From sequence record DRR378314_419: a stretch of DNA of 64,000 nt; one strand, written 5' to 3'. A program made the translations under genes and the position numbers. This document shows, in pieces, positions 1-9,573 of the stretch. Position 1 is the first letter of the stretch. The number at the start of each line of letters is the position of its first letter. Under the pieces are notes generated by a model. That model searched no databases. It had not been told where the DNA came from and saw only the letters and a list, made by a program, of their open reading frames with translations.

Positions 1-480
1 GCCGCCAATCCAAATGGTCCAAAACCAAAATGCCCAATGGGTCAGCTTCCTGTTTTGGAGCAGGGCTCGTGGCATTGTGAAGAGGCTAGATTGAAAGCCA
101 AGGGGAAACCTCAGCGCAGTACAGCCGCAGGAGCTCCAGTTCTGAAAAAAGCTAAACTGAAGTTGCCGGACTATACAGTTCTGGGTGCCAAACGGAAAAT
201 GGGAACATCAGATACTTTTATTGTACAGATCAAGAACAAGGGAACAGGACCGGCACCGCAGGGCGTTTTGTTTGGTCAGCATTATCTGAAAAACAATCAA
301 TCCTGGGGCGCAGATGCCATCATTCCGCCTCTGGCCGCGGGTCAGGCTAAAGCCATTATAATCAAAATCCCACCAACCAACTATGAAAGAGGCGACCGGA
401 TGATCTTTACGGCCGACTATTTCAAGCAGCTTGTTGAAAGTAACGAAGGGAACAACAGATACGCCACGAACTATAAATAA
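1..480 (+). CDS. C-terminal part of a CARDB (Ig-like) domain protein, 5'-truncated by the window edge
   Basis: Frame 1 is open from base 1. It carries CARDB-type motifs LPDYTV, VQIKNKGTGPA, IPPLAAGQ and ADYFKQLVESNEGNN. Confidence 0.75.
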   Translation, partial: AANPNGPKPKCPMGQLPVLEQGSWHCEEARLKAKGKPQRSTAAGAPVLKKAKLKLPDYTVLGAKRKMGTSDTFIVQIKNKGTGPAPQGVLFGQHYLKNNQSWGADAIIPPLAAGQAKAIIIKIPPTNYERGDRMIFTADYFKQLVESNEGNNRYATNYK

Positions 481-526
481 TATCCCCTAACTGGCTGATT
501 TCTCACGTTTTTCAGTTCCCACTAAG

Positions 527-556
527 AAAGCCTGGGCTCTCCGCCGGGCTTTTTTT
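527..556 (+). terminator. Rho-independent terminator
   Basis: AGCCTGG/CCGGGCT stem (one G-U pair) followed by a T run, downstream of the CARDB gene. Confidence 0.8.
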
Positions 557-676
557 ATGAAGAATTTATACGGTGGGTGTCAGCCCCTCATCGCACCTTG
601 ATATTGGACACCCTACTTTTGATTTGTTCGCTACGCCACAGTGACGAAACAAAAATACAAACGAAAGGAGTTTGTT

Positions 677-1624
677 ATGAGAAAAGCAACTTTGATGTGC
701 GCAACAGCAATGAGTGTTCTGGCGGTAGGTGTTACACCTGTCTTATCAGCCGGATCTTCTGTTGACGCAGCAGGGACAGCTAAGCAAGGAGTGACAAGCC
801 CATCAGCAAGCATGAATGAACTGTCGGCGCGTAAAATGTTTCTTGCGGATCTGCACCACGCCCAATTGGCGATGCAGAACAAAGATAAAGGCGCGGCTGA
901 AAAACATATCTCAGACGCCGTTCATAAGCTGAAAACAGTTGGTGGATCTGATGGCAAAGAAGCCAAGGACATTATCCCTAAAGCCAAGGAAACGGCCGAA
1001 GATATTGTTGAGAAAGTAGATCCAACGACCGAGGTTGAAGGAACAACCATGTCTTCGAACCTGTTTGACGAGCGGAAAGTCATTTCCCTGGAAGTCGAAG
1101 GTGACGTTGAACCGGATGATCTTGTTTATCCTGTTTCCGGCATTGGTCAGGATTTCTCCAAGGTAATGACTGAATCTAATCTTCAAGGTAAAAAATTGGA
1201 AGGTGCGAAGGTTCGTTACATTGCGCTAAAAGTTGATGCTGAATCTGCAGAAACACGATTGCAACAGGCTTTGGAAGAGATCAAGTCTGACAATTATTCA
1301 GATGCCGAAGATCAGATTGAAGAAGTGCAGGAATCCTTTCTGGAAGAGCGAGAGCAAATTGTTCCTGCTAAGCTGAGAGCCAAGGATAATATCTCTCTGA
1401 CCCGTTTAATGGTTCAAAAGGCTCAATATGAAGCCGCTCGGGACAGTCTGGAAGAAGCCGAGGATGCGTTGGCCGATCTGAAGGATAAGAAAGACAGCCA
1501 GGCTGCTGTTCAGAATATCCAAAATGAGTTCGAGGAACTTGAAGAACAGATTGCCCAGCAGGATCCAAATCTTCTGGATAAAATTGATACCACGTTAGAA
1601 AAGTGGTGGAATAGTTTGTCATAG
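677..1624 (+). CDS. Secreted YfdX-like helical protein
   Basis: AAGGAG RBS before ATG 677; Sec signal peptide; acidic helical repeats (DLHHAQLAM...AEKHISDA, ALEEIKSDNYSDAEDQI, LRAKDNISLTR) resembling YfdX. Confidence 0.6.
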   Translation: MRKATLMCATAMSVLAVGVTPVLSAGSSVDAAGTAKQGVTSPSASMNELSARKMFLADLHHAQLAMQNKDKGAAEKHISDAVHKLKTVGGSDGKEAKDIIPKAKETAEDIVEKVDPTTEVEGTTMSSNLFDERKVISLEVEGDVEPDDLVYPVSGIGQDFSKVMTESNLQGKKLEGAKVRYIALKVDAESAETRLQQALEEIKSDNYSDAEDQIEEVQESFLEEREQIVPAKLRAKDNISLTRLMVQKAQYEAARDSLEEAEDALADLKDKKDSQAAVQNIQNEFEELEEQIAQQDPNLLDKIDTTLEKWWNSLS

Positions 1625-1647
1625 AATTTTGCGATATGACGATAGGG

Positions 1648-1675
1648 AAGGGCGGCCATTGGCCGCCCTTTTTTT
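1648..1675 (+). terminator. Rho-independent terminator
   Basis: Perfect stem AAGGGCGGCC-att-GGCCGCCCTT followed by a T run. Confidence 0.9.
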
Positions 1676-1848
1676 GTGGGTGCTCCCTAAGGTTGAAATG
1701 AAGTGACGCGGGCAGGGCAGCCTTTTTCTTTATTGGAAATTTGTTTGAAATAAATTTTTTATAAAAATATTGTCTGTTAGTTCAACAATTTAACTAATTT
1801 TTCTATCCATTTAGGTTGAAAAATTCCAATTCCTCTCTTGCGAGTCTT

Positions 1849-1897
1849 ATTAAGAATGATTATCAATTGCATCCATTAATTAAGAATGATTCTCACA
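1849..1897 (+). promoter_or_regulatory. Two tandem Fur-box-like iron-regulatory sites
   Basis: TTAAGAATGATTATCAATT and TTAAGAATGATTCTCACAA resemble GATAATGATAATCATTATC. The 12-mer TTAAGAATGATT is repeated at 1850 and 1880, upstream of a TonB receptor. Confidence 0.7.
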
Positions 1898-1947
1898 ATC
1901 AATATTAATTAATGGATGTTTCCGTCAAATGCGGGGGAGTGGAGAAT

Positions 1948-4269
1948 ATGTTAAATCAACCTTGGAAAAGCTCATTGCTGATCTGTTGTTCGGTGCTTGC
2001 GGTCAGTGCCGCACAAGCTCAAACAGAGAGTGAAAATCAGTCATCTACTAGTGAAGTTGAAACCGATGCAGCATCGTCTGAAGATGCGGCGACACTGCAA
2101 CCGGTTACGGTGACAGCAAACCGGAAAAAGAAGGCGTTGTTGGAAACGCCTGGGAATGTGTCTTCTGTCGGGCGCGAGGAACTGGATCGTCGGATGGATA
2201 ATGTTCTCGACGATATATTCAGATATGAGACAGGGATTGAAGTCCCTAAACAAACCACAGGAACCGATCCTTTTAGTAGCTCCGGCGGTGTTCAGATTCG
2301 TGGGGTTGGGGGCAATCGGACACAGGTCCTGGTTGATGGCAATAGAACGGTGGAGCGGATCACCGATTCCACGCGAGATATTGTCGATAGTTCCAATGTG
2401 AAAGCTGTCGAGGTTGTGCGGGGGCCATCTTCCGTCTTATGGGGCAGTGATGGTCTGGGGGGCACCATTAACTTCGTGACAAAAGATCCGGTGGATTATC
2501 TCAAACCGGGCGAGGATTTTGGTGGTTCCGGTAGTTTGAATTATGGCTCCGTCGATAGCAGCTTTACAGAGTCTGTGACAGGAGCTGCCAGAATTAGCTC
2601 CAAACTGGAAGGGTTGATTTCTTTCACTCGCCGCGATGCAGAAGAGGTAGAGCTTTCAAATGCCCGAAACGGCACCAACGCCGTTCAGAATTGCACGCGA
2701 AACCCAGAGGCTACCTCGTGTGACGAATTTGACCCAACAGATATCAACTCCAATAATCTTCTGGCGAAACTGGTGTTTAAGCCCAGTGCTGAAAATCAAA
2801 TTCGTTTGACGGGTGAATATTTTACGCGTGACACTCATGTTGATCAAAATTCAGTATTGGGTGATGAAGTCAGTTTTGGGTCTGTGGTTTCGGAAATTAC
2901 CAACTACGAACAGGATCAGGAGATCAAACGCTGGAGATTGTCCCTGGATCAGGACTGGGTGCCCGCAACGGATCTTTTGGATCGGGTGAAATGGCAAGTG
3001 ACCTATTCACCGCAGGAAATCAACAAGGTTGGTGATCGCTACCGGATTTTGGATGGCAGTGGCCAGGAAGAACGGCGCCTGCAGGATCAGCAATATAAGG
3101 AAGCCTTTTACGAACTGGATTTGCAGTTAGAATCCTCCTTCGATCTGGGAAAAACCAATCACATTCTCACCTATGGTTTTGACGGTGATGTGACCACCAC
3201 AGATTATAGCCGGGAAGATACCACGACCAATATTACATTGGGGACCACAACCGTTGCCAGGGCCGGCGGCTTTAACTTTGCCAATGCGTCAACAACAAGG
3301 GCGGATGTGTATCTGCAGGATGAAGTCAGCCTATTTGAAGGCCGATGGAAAATCACACCTGGTGCTCGCCTCGCCAATTATATAATTGAGCCGGATACGG
3401 ACAGTGATTATCAATTGATCGCCGGGGCAGAGCCAAAAACAATTCGCGAAACAGATTTACAGTTGAAACTGGGAACGATTTTTGAGCTGACGAATACTTA
3501 TTCCGTCTATGGAAATTATTCTCAAGGTTTTAAAATGCCGACGGCACAACAACTGTATCAATCTTTGGATAGCCTGCCGTTCTTCGCGTTGGTGCCAAAT
3601 GCGAATTTGGAGCCGGAAAGCGTCGATAGTTTTGAGGTTGGTTTCCGGGGCGATTATGGCAAAAAAGGGTTTTTCTCGGTCAATGCCTTCTATGCCAAAT
3701 ATGACAACTTCATTTTGAATTTCGTTGATGCAGATCCGCTTGATTATGGGTTTGCGCCCGGAACAATGACCTTAACCTATGACAATGTAGATAGCCTGGA
3801 GCTGTATGGTTTTGAAGCTTCTGCAGGGTTTCGCATCAATGATCATTTCTCGACACGGCTAGGCTTTTCTTATCAGGAAGGCACCATCGAGGATGGCGGC
3901 GTTGAAAGTACCTATAATGGGGCGTTGCCGTTCAGTGCGGTAACCGGTCTTCGATATAATGATAAGGCACTTGGCCTTGATGTTGAATTGGTCGGTACCT
4001 TCCAGGCCGGTGACGTGGATGTTGATGATCCCGCAACAGAGTATTCACCCAAGGGTTTTGCGGTCTTTGACTTGATAGCAGGGTGGGAAGCCATGCCCAA
4101 TCTGACGTTGCATGCCGGGCTTTATAACATCTTTAACACCCGATACTTCCCGGGGGATGTTCGTGGATATCCGATTAACGGCACTGATGCGGTCAAGAGT
4201 ACCAATCCAATTGAGCTGCAAACAGCGCCAGGTCGGAATTTCAAAATTGGCGTGAGCTACAACTTTTAA
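1948..4269 (+). CDS. TonB-dependent outer-membrane receptor, heme/hemoglobin-receptor-like family
   Basis: GGAG RBS before ATG 1948; signal peptide; TonB box (PVTVTA); plug motifs IRGVGGNRTQVLVDG and VEVVRGPSSVLWGSDGLGGTINFVTK; FKMP/NANLEPE; C-terminal YNF. Confidence 0.92.
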   Translation: MLNQPWKSSLLICCSVLAVSAAQAQTESENQSSTSEVETDAASSEDAATLQPVTVTANRKKKALLETPGNVSSVGREELDRRMDNVLDDIFRYETGIEVPKQTTGTDPFSSSGGVQIRGVGGNRTQVLVDGNRTVERITDSTRDIVDSSNVKAVEVVRGPSSVLWGSDGLGGTINFVTKDPVDYLKPGEDFGGSGSLNYGSVDSSFTESVTGAARISSKLEGLISFTRRDAEEVELSNARNGTNAVQNCTRNPEATSCDEFDPTDINSNNLLAKLVFKPSAENQIRLTGEYFTRDTHVDQNSVLGDEVSFGSVVSEITNYEQDQEIKRWRLSLDQDWVPATDLLDRVKWQVTYSPQEINKVGDRYRILDGSGQEERRLQDQQYKEAFYELDLQLESSFDLGKTNHILTYGFDGDVTTTDYSREDTTTNITLGTTTVARAGGFNFANASTTRADVYLQDEVSLFEGRWKITPGARLANYIIEPDTDSDYQLIAGAEPKTIRETDLQLKLGTIFELTNTYSVYGNYSQGFKMPTAQQLYQSLDSLPFFALVPNANLEPESVDSFEVGFRGDYGKKGFFSVNAFYAKYDNFILNFVDADPLDYGFAPGTMTLTYDNVDSLELYGFEASAGFRINDHFSTRLGFSYQEGTIEDGGVESTYNGALPFSAVTGLRYNDKALGLDVELVGTFQAGDVDVDDPATEYSPKGFAVFDLIAGWEAMPNLTLHAGLYNIFNTRYFPGDVRGYPINGTDAVKSTNPIELQTAPGRNFKIGVSYNF

Positions 4270-4328
4270 CCCTATAGGTGTGTCAGTGAGTTTTAAGGTG
4301 TATCTCCTTGTTCAGGGGAAACAGGATC

Positions 4329-6035
4329 ATGCGTGATGTGTTTCGGCAGTTATGGATGATCCTCCGCCTCAGCGGTATCGGTTGGAATTATCGCTGGGGT
4401 ATTTCCCTTTATATTCTGGTGTTGGGATTGGAGCTCGCTCAAATCCCGGTTTCGGTTCGCATGATCCAGTGGTCCGCCGATTTTTATGGGGCTTTGGAAG
4501 AATTTAATGGTGATGAAGCACTTATCCAGGTTGGGGTTTTGGGCTTGATCGTCGGGGCATGGGCGGGCTTGTCACTCGCCTCCGATTACCTTCGAAAATG
4601 GCTGGTGATCAAATGGCGTCAGGATTTGACCGAAACAGTTATCAATCGGTGGCTGGATCGGAAAGTTTTCTGGCGATTGCAGAACGGGTTCGGTGCCAAA
4701 AAAATCGACAATCCGGATCAGCGAATTGCTGATGATTGCCGGATGTTCACCGAAGATTTCGTGCGCGAAACCATTAGTCTTATCACTTCAGTGACCGGTG
4801 TATTTTCCTATGTGGCAGTGTTGTGGTCGCTATCCAACTTTCCCCTCTCTTTTTCGGTTTTCAGTCTGGATGTCGAAATTCCTAGATACATGGTCTGGGC
4901 TGCCTTTTTATATGTTTTGATTTCCAGCGGTCTCACACACCTTTTGGGATATCCGTTGAAGTCATTGAATTTCCAACAACAACTACGAGAGGCTAACTAT
5001 CGTATCCAGCTTGTCCGTGTGCGTGAAAATGCAGATGCAATCGCACTTTCAGGCGCGGAAGAGGGGGAGAAGAAACTTTTGGATTCTGGTTTTTCCGACA
5101 TAGTGGGGAATTGGAAAAGGCTGATTTTTCAGGAGTTTCTTCTTGGTTGCTTCAGGACCCCGTACCAATTCACAATCCTAAGAATTCCGTTGCTTCTGGC
5201 TCTGCCAGCCTACTTTGGGGGATTTGTGACGTTCGGGGGACTGATGCAGCTGTCTTCAGCTTTTCAACGGGTTGTGACCACTCTATCCTGGTTCATTTTT
5301 GCATATTCTCGGTTGGCTAAACTGGCGGCGACGATCACACGGCTTGGAGATTTGCTTGATCGGATCGAAGCGGTGCATGATCCACAAGGTGGCGCTTGTG
5401 TGACACAACATGACGGGCAGAATATTCTGATTTCAGGCCTGCAGGTGCTAAGCCCTGATCAAAGACAACTAAATATACCTGAAGACCTCGTGCTCACGAA
5501 AGGGGAGCATGTTTGGATTTCCGGACCTTCTGGTCTAGGAAAAAGTAGTTTTCTGAAATCCATCGGCGGTATTTGGCCGTTTGGGCAGGGATCTATCAAG
5601 ATCCCGGAAACCGATCAGGTCGCATTTTTATCCCAGTTTCTGAATTTTCCAGACGGACCGATCTCTCTTGGGGCGATCTACCCCTTTGTAGACCTAAACA
5701 TCACCGCAGACCAGCTGGCGAATTATCTTGAGGTGGTCGGGTTGCAGTTCTTTGCCAGTCAGGTGCGAGCCGGCGAGGACCCTTCGCTGCAAGGAATGTC
5801 TGGAGGTGAACGACAGCGTCTTGCATTTGTTCGCTTGTTGGTAAGCCGGCCAGACTGGATTTTTCTGGACGAAGCTACAAGTGCAATTGACCAGGAGATG
5901 GAAAGGAAACTGCTCCGTCAGTTCCAACAGTCTTTGCCAAACACAACGCTGATCATTGTTGCGCACCGTAAACCGGTCGGTATTGAAACGTTGCGCCATA
6001 TTGATTTGCTGGATCCTATCCACGCGGTTGCCTAA
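4329..6035 (+). CDS. Fused ABC transporter permease/ATPase, YddA/SbmA-BacA (ABC_membrane_2) type
   Basis: DNPDQRIADD, EANYR...RVRENADAIAL, Walker A GPSGLGKS, signature MSGGERQR, Walker B IFLDEATSA, H-loop VAHR. Confidence 0.88.
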   Translation: MRDVFRQLWMILRLSGIGWNYRWGISLYILVLGLELAQIPVSVRMIQWSADFYGALEEFNGDEALIQVGVLGLIVGAWAGLSLASDYLRKWLVIKWRQDLTETVINRWLDRKVFWRLQNGFGAKKIDNPDQRIADDCRMFTEDFVRETISLITSVTGVFSYVAVLWSLSNFPLSFSVFSLDVEIPRYMVWAAFLYVLISSGLTHLLGYPLKSLNFQQQLREANYRIQLVRVRENADAIALSGAEEGEKKLLDSGFSDIVGNWKRLIFQEFLLGCFRTPYQFTILRIPLLLALPAYFGGFVTFGGLMQLSSAFQRVVTTLSWFIFAYSRLAKLAATITRLGDLLDRIEAVHDPQGGACVTQHDGQNILISGLQVLSPDQRQLNIPEDLVLTKGEHVWISGPSGLGKSSFLKSIGGIWPFGQGSIKIPETDQVAFLSQFLNFPDGPISLGAIYPFVDLNITADQLANYLEVVGLQFFASQVRAGEDPSLQGMSGGERQRLAFVRLLVSRPDWIFLDEATSAIDQEMERKLLRQFQQSLPNTTLIIVAHRKPVGIETLRHIDLLDPIHAVA

Positions 6036-6067
6036 TCTATCTTCTATACTAAAGTGAGCTAATAAAA

Positions 6068-6895
6068 ATGACATCTACCTATACCCATTCGGTTGCAACC
6101 TGGTTAGATCCAGACACTGGTCAGGAACTCAATCATCAGGAATTGATGAAGGAACTCTCTGGAATGAATGCGGTTCTATTGGGAGAAACCCATGACCAAT
6201 ATGACATTCACCGCTGGCAACTATCAGTAACCACTGCTCTTTATGCCCATCACGGTAATCTTGCCGTTGGATTTGAAATGTTTCCCCGCCGGGTGCAACC
6301 TGTCCTGGATGAATGGGTTGCTGGCGATTTGGATGAAGACACTTTTCTTGAAAAAGTTGAATGGAAAACAGTGTGGGGGTTTCCAGCAGATCTTTACTTG
6401 CCGATTTTTCAGTTTTGCAGGGAACATAAAATTCCAATGCTGGCCCTAAATTGTTATCGGGAGCTTGTCTCCCGCGTGGGTAAAGAAGGTTGGGATGCCA
6501 TTCCTGAAAATGAACGGGACGGATTAACTCCATCCAAAGCTGCATCGGACGCTTACCGTCAGTATCTTTTCGATCTTGTTGGCGGGTTTTTAAAGCCTGA
6601 GGTGCAAAAACAGGATGAAGAGGGGGAGGCAAGGCGGGCCCGTTTTGTTCGGGCCCAACAAACCTGGGATCGGGCGTTTGCCTGCAACATTGAATATGCA
6701 CGGCGGACCGAAAACCCCCCGCTGGTGATCGGTATTATCGGTCGGGGGCATCTGGATTATGGGCATGGCACACCCTACCAGCTGGACGATTTGGGAGTTG
6801 ATAAGGTAGCGGTTCTATCGACTACAAAAACGGCCAATCCAGAAGCGAATCAGATAAATGGGATTGCCCGAGCGGTCTATCGCTTGCCAGATTAA
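6068..6895 (+). CDS. ChaN/PhuW-family (EreA/ChaN-like) protein lacking a signal peptide
   Basis: Motifs VLLGETHD, VGFEMF, WGFPADLYLPIF, AQQTWD and IIGRGHLDYGHG. There is no N-terminal hydrophobic segment or lipobox. Confidence 0.85.
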   Translation: MTSTYTHSVATWLDPDTGQELNHQELMKELSGMNAVLLGETHDQYDIHRWQLSVTTALYAHHGNLAVGFEMFPRRVQPVLDEWVAGDLDEDTFLEKVEWKTVWGFPADLYLPIFQFCREHKIPMLALNCYRELVSRVGKEGWDAIPENERDGLTPSKAASDAYRQYLFDLVGGFLKPEVQKQDEEGEARRARFVRAQQTWDRAFACNIEYARRTENPPLVIGIIGRGHLDYGHGTPYQLDDLGVDKVAVLSTTKTANPEANQINGIARAVYRLPD

Positions 6896-6947
6896 GGGGC
6901 TTAAAACGAGCTTGATTTCACCTATTTTAGTGGTTAGACAAGGTGAC

Positions 6948-7397
6948 ATGAAGATGAGTGGGGGAAATAACCGGTTGACGGTGATCATGTTGATTGTGTT
7001 CTTGTTGAACGCGATCCTGCCCTCTATTTCCCTCGCTGCTTTTGGGCCTGAAAAACTGGGAACGACCGTCACGCAAACCAGTGATCAAGACCCTATGTCC
7101 GCTGAAACGGTTGTCATTTGTACGCCTGAAGGCCTGAAACTTGTCCGTTGGGCGGATCTGGAAAATGGGACCGTCGAGGAGGGCGCTGCAAACGGGGCTC
7201 CAGTCCGGGCAACAGGCTGCCTTTTATGTTCGCTGCCGACTTTTGGAACCGCGGTGACGGTTATTTTACTGGTCGGGCTCCTAGATCTTCTACCCGAAAA
7301 AACAGAGAAGGAAGCCTTTCCTTCAATCCAGGTTACTGTTCCCTATCACCTTGTCGATCCGCAGACATTTGTTCGCGGTCCCCCTGCTTTCGCGTAA
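6948..7397 (+). CDS. cruR: DUF2946 family protein, CruR/CutF-like copper-responsive upstream ORF
   Basis: N-terminal signal/TM segment, ICTPEG, CLLC (CxxC) and C-terminal RGPP (RAPP-like arrest motif). It lies directly upstream of TonB receptor and PepSY-TM genes. Confidence 0.8.
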   Translation: MKMSGGNNRLTVIMLIVFLLNAILPSISLAAFGPEKLGTTVTQTSDQDPMSAETVVICTPEGLKLVRWADLENGTVEEGAANGAPVRATGCLLCSLPTFGTAVTVILLVGLLDLLPEKTEKEAFPSIQVTVPYHLVDPQTFVRGPPAFA

Positions 7398-7463
7398 ATT
7401 TATCAAAAAAATCAAACACTAATTTGAGCGGCTTTGACAAGCTGCTGAACGAATTTATGCGAG
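7389..7463 (+). promoter_or_regulatory. Predicted mRNA structure pairing the uORF stop region with the downstream RBS
   Basis: TCGCGTAAATTT (7390-7401) pairs with GAATTTATGCGA (7451-7462), 12 bp including two G-U pairs. It encloses the hairpin AGCGGCTT-tgac-AAGCTGCT (7427-7446). Confidence 0.65.
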
Positions 7464-7469
7464 TTATTC

Positions 7470-9533
7470 ATGAAACAGAAATTGCTGCTGGGCACCGCCC
7501 TGGCTTGCCTGCTGGCGCCTGCCGCAGGTGCAGACGAAAAATCAACAATACGAATGGAGCCGATTGAAGTCGTCGGAAAAACTAAAGACGACGCCTCATC
7601 TCTGACGGTACCAGGAAATTCGGAAGCTGCGGAAAATATCAAACAGACACCGGGTGGTGTTGGTTTGGTAACCGAGACGGCGATCGAAACCAAGTTTTCC
7701 CAAAGTTATGAAGACAGCCTTTCGATGGTTCCCGGTGTAACTGCCAAGAAACGCTTTGCCGAAGAGGTTCGTTTGACCATTCGGGGGTCGGGCTTATCGC
7801 GGGGGTATCATTTGCGGGGGTTGCGTTTGTTACAAGATGGGGTTCCCTTCAATCAGGCAGATGGCGCCGGTGATTTTCAGGAGCTCGATCCCAAAGCAAC
7901 GCAGCGAATTGAAGTCTATAAGGGCGGTAACGCGTTGCAGCATGGAGGGACAACTCTTGGCGGTTCGGTGAATACGGTGACCAAGACCGGTCGGAGTAAT
8001 CCTGGCGCCGAAATGAGCCTTGAAGGAGGTAGTTACAACACTTATCGCTTGAACCTGCAGGGCGGTATGGTCTCAACCGATGCGGATGTTTTCGCCAGTC
8101 ACACGACTACTTATAGTTCTGGTTTTCGAAATCACGATGATCAACGCAGCCAGAAATTTAATGGCAATGTTGGTCTTCGACTCACGGACCAGTTGGAAAC
8201 ACGCTTTTATCTGTCTTTGAACGATCTGGATCAGGAGCTTCCCGGCAGTGTTAGCCGTGGTACCGCCCTGAATAATCCGACAGATGCGGCGATGTTCGCA
8301 GCGTCAACCCACTGGAAGCGGGATATTAAATCAGTCCGCTTTTCCAATAAGACAACTTACGCTTTTGGAGATGATGAGCAGATTGATTTTGGGGGATATG
8401 TCAAAGTCAAAGACCTGTTTCATCCGATCACGCCTTTTGCCGGAATTATCGATCAGGAAAGTACGGAATATGGTTTGTTTACCCAAATCTCTGGTAGCAC
8501 AGACCTGGGTGGACATCAGAGCCGATACCGCTTTGGCATAACCGGGCAGTTCGGGGAAACCGATGCCAATATGTTTGCCAATGTCAGTGGTGTTAAAGGC
8601 GCTCAAACGGGGGACGCGGATCAAACAGCCCGGGATTTTGTGGTGTATGGTGAAAACAGTTTTTATGTTGTCCCTAAAGTAGCGGTGGTCACTGGGCTTC
8701 AGCTTACCCATGCGTACCGAAAATCAGATGATCTCTTATCACCCGCTGAAACTGACAGTAAAACCTACACGGCTGTTAATCCCAAGCTGGGCGTGTTGTA
8801 TGAACCCCAAAAGGATCTGCAGTTTTTTGCCAATGTCAGCCGTAGTGAAGAAGCGCCCACCTTCTCGGAACTCACGCAAAGTGGCACGGTTGGCTTCACA
8901 CCCGTAGATAGCCAAAAGGCATGGACCGTCGAAGTTGGTAGTCGGGGCCAGTATGGAATTGTCAATTGGGATGTGGCGCTGTACCGGGCCTGGATCAAGG
9001 ATGAGATGCTCCAATATACGACGGGTGCAGGTATTCCGGCCGCAACCTTTAACGCGGACGACACTATTCACCAGGGGGTGGAGCTTGGTTTTGATCTGAA
9101 CCTGGCGAGTGACCTTATAACGGACGGCGATGAGCTGACCTGGCGGAACAGCTATACCTTTTCCGATTTTTATTTCGTCGATGATGATCAGTTTGGGGAT
9201 AATCGAATTGCCGGCCAACCCCGGCATTATTATCAATCTGAAGTGCGGTATCAGATGGGTGAAAAATGGTTTTTCGCCCCAAATATTGAGCTTGCCAGCG
9301 GCGCGGATGTGGATTTTGCCAATACCCTCCAAGGCCCCGGTTATATGCTTTTGAACCTGAATGCAGGTTACGCCTTCAATGATCGGATTTCCCTATATCT
9401 GGATGCAAAAAACCTTTTGGATCGGGATTATATTTCCACCTTCAGCACGATCGTGAATGGGGCCGGGAACACCAATGTGTACTATCCGGGTGAGGGGCGT
9501 CGAGCCTTTGTTGGTGTCAACGTAAAATTCTAA
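7470..9533 (+). CDS. TonB-dependent receptor (BfrG-like context, candidate copper/metal uptake)
   Basis: Signal peptide; plug motifs IRGSGLSRGYHLRGLRLLQDGVP and IEVYKGGNAL..G..TLGGSVN; C-terminal VKF. Confidence 0.9.
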   Translation: MKQKLLLGTALACLLAPAAGADEKSTIRMEPIEVVGKTKDDASSLTVPGNSEAAENIKQTPGGVGLVTETAIETKFSQSYEDSLSMVPGVTAKKRFAEEVRLTIRGSGLSRGYHLRGLRLLQDGVPFNQADGAGDFQELDPKATQRIEVYKGGNALQHGGTTLGGSVNTVTKTGRSNPGAEMSLEGGSYNTYRLNLQGGMVSTDADVFASHTTTYSSGFRNHDDQRSQKFNGNVGLRLTDQLETRFYLSLNDLDQELPGSVSRGTALNNPTDAAMFAASTHWKRDIKSVRFSNKTTYAFGDDEQIDFGGYVKVKDLFHPITPFAGIIDQESTEYGLFTQISGSTDLGGHQSRYRFGITGQFGETDANMFANVSGVKGAQTGDADQTARDFVVYGENSFYVVPKVAVVTGLQLTHAYRKSDDLLSPAETDSKTYTAVNPKLGVLYEPQKDLQFFANVSRSEEAPTFSELTQSGTVGFTPVDSQKAWTVEVGSRGQYGIVNWDVALYRAWIKDEMLQYTTGAGIPAATFNADDTIHQGVELGFDLNLASDLITDGDELTWRNSYTFSDFYFVDDDQFGDNRIAGQPRHYYQSEVRYQMGEKWFFAPNIELASGADVDFANTLQGPGYMLLNLNAGYAFNDRISLYLDAKNLLDRDYISTFSTIVNGAGNTNVYYPGEGRRAFVGVNVKF

Positions 9534-9573
9534 AAGGGTGGGGGAGCTGTTTTGACAGCTTCCTTAAATTTCC

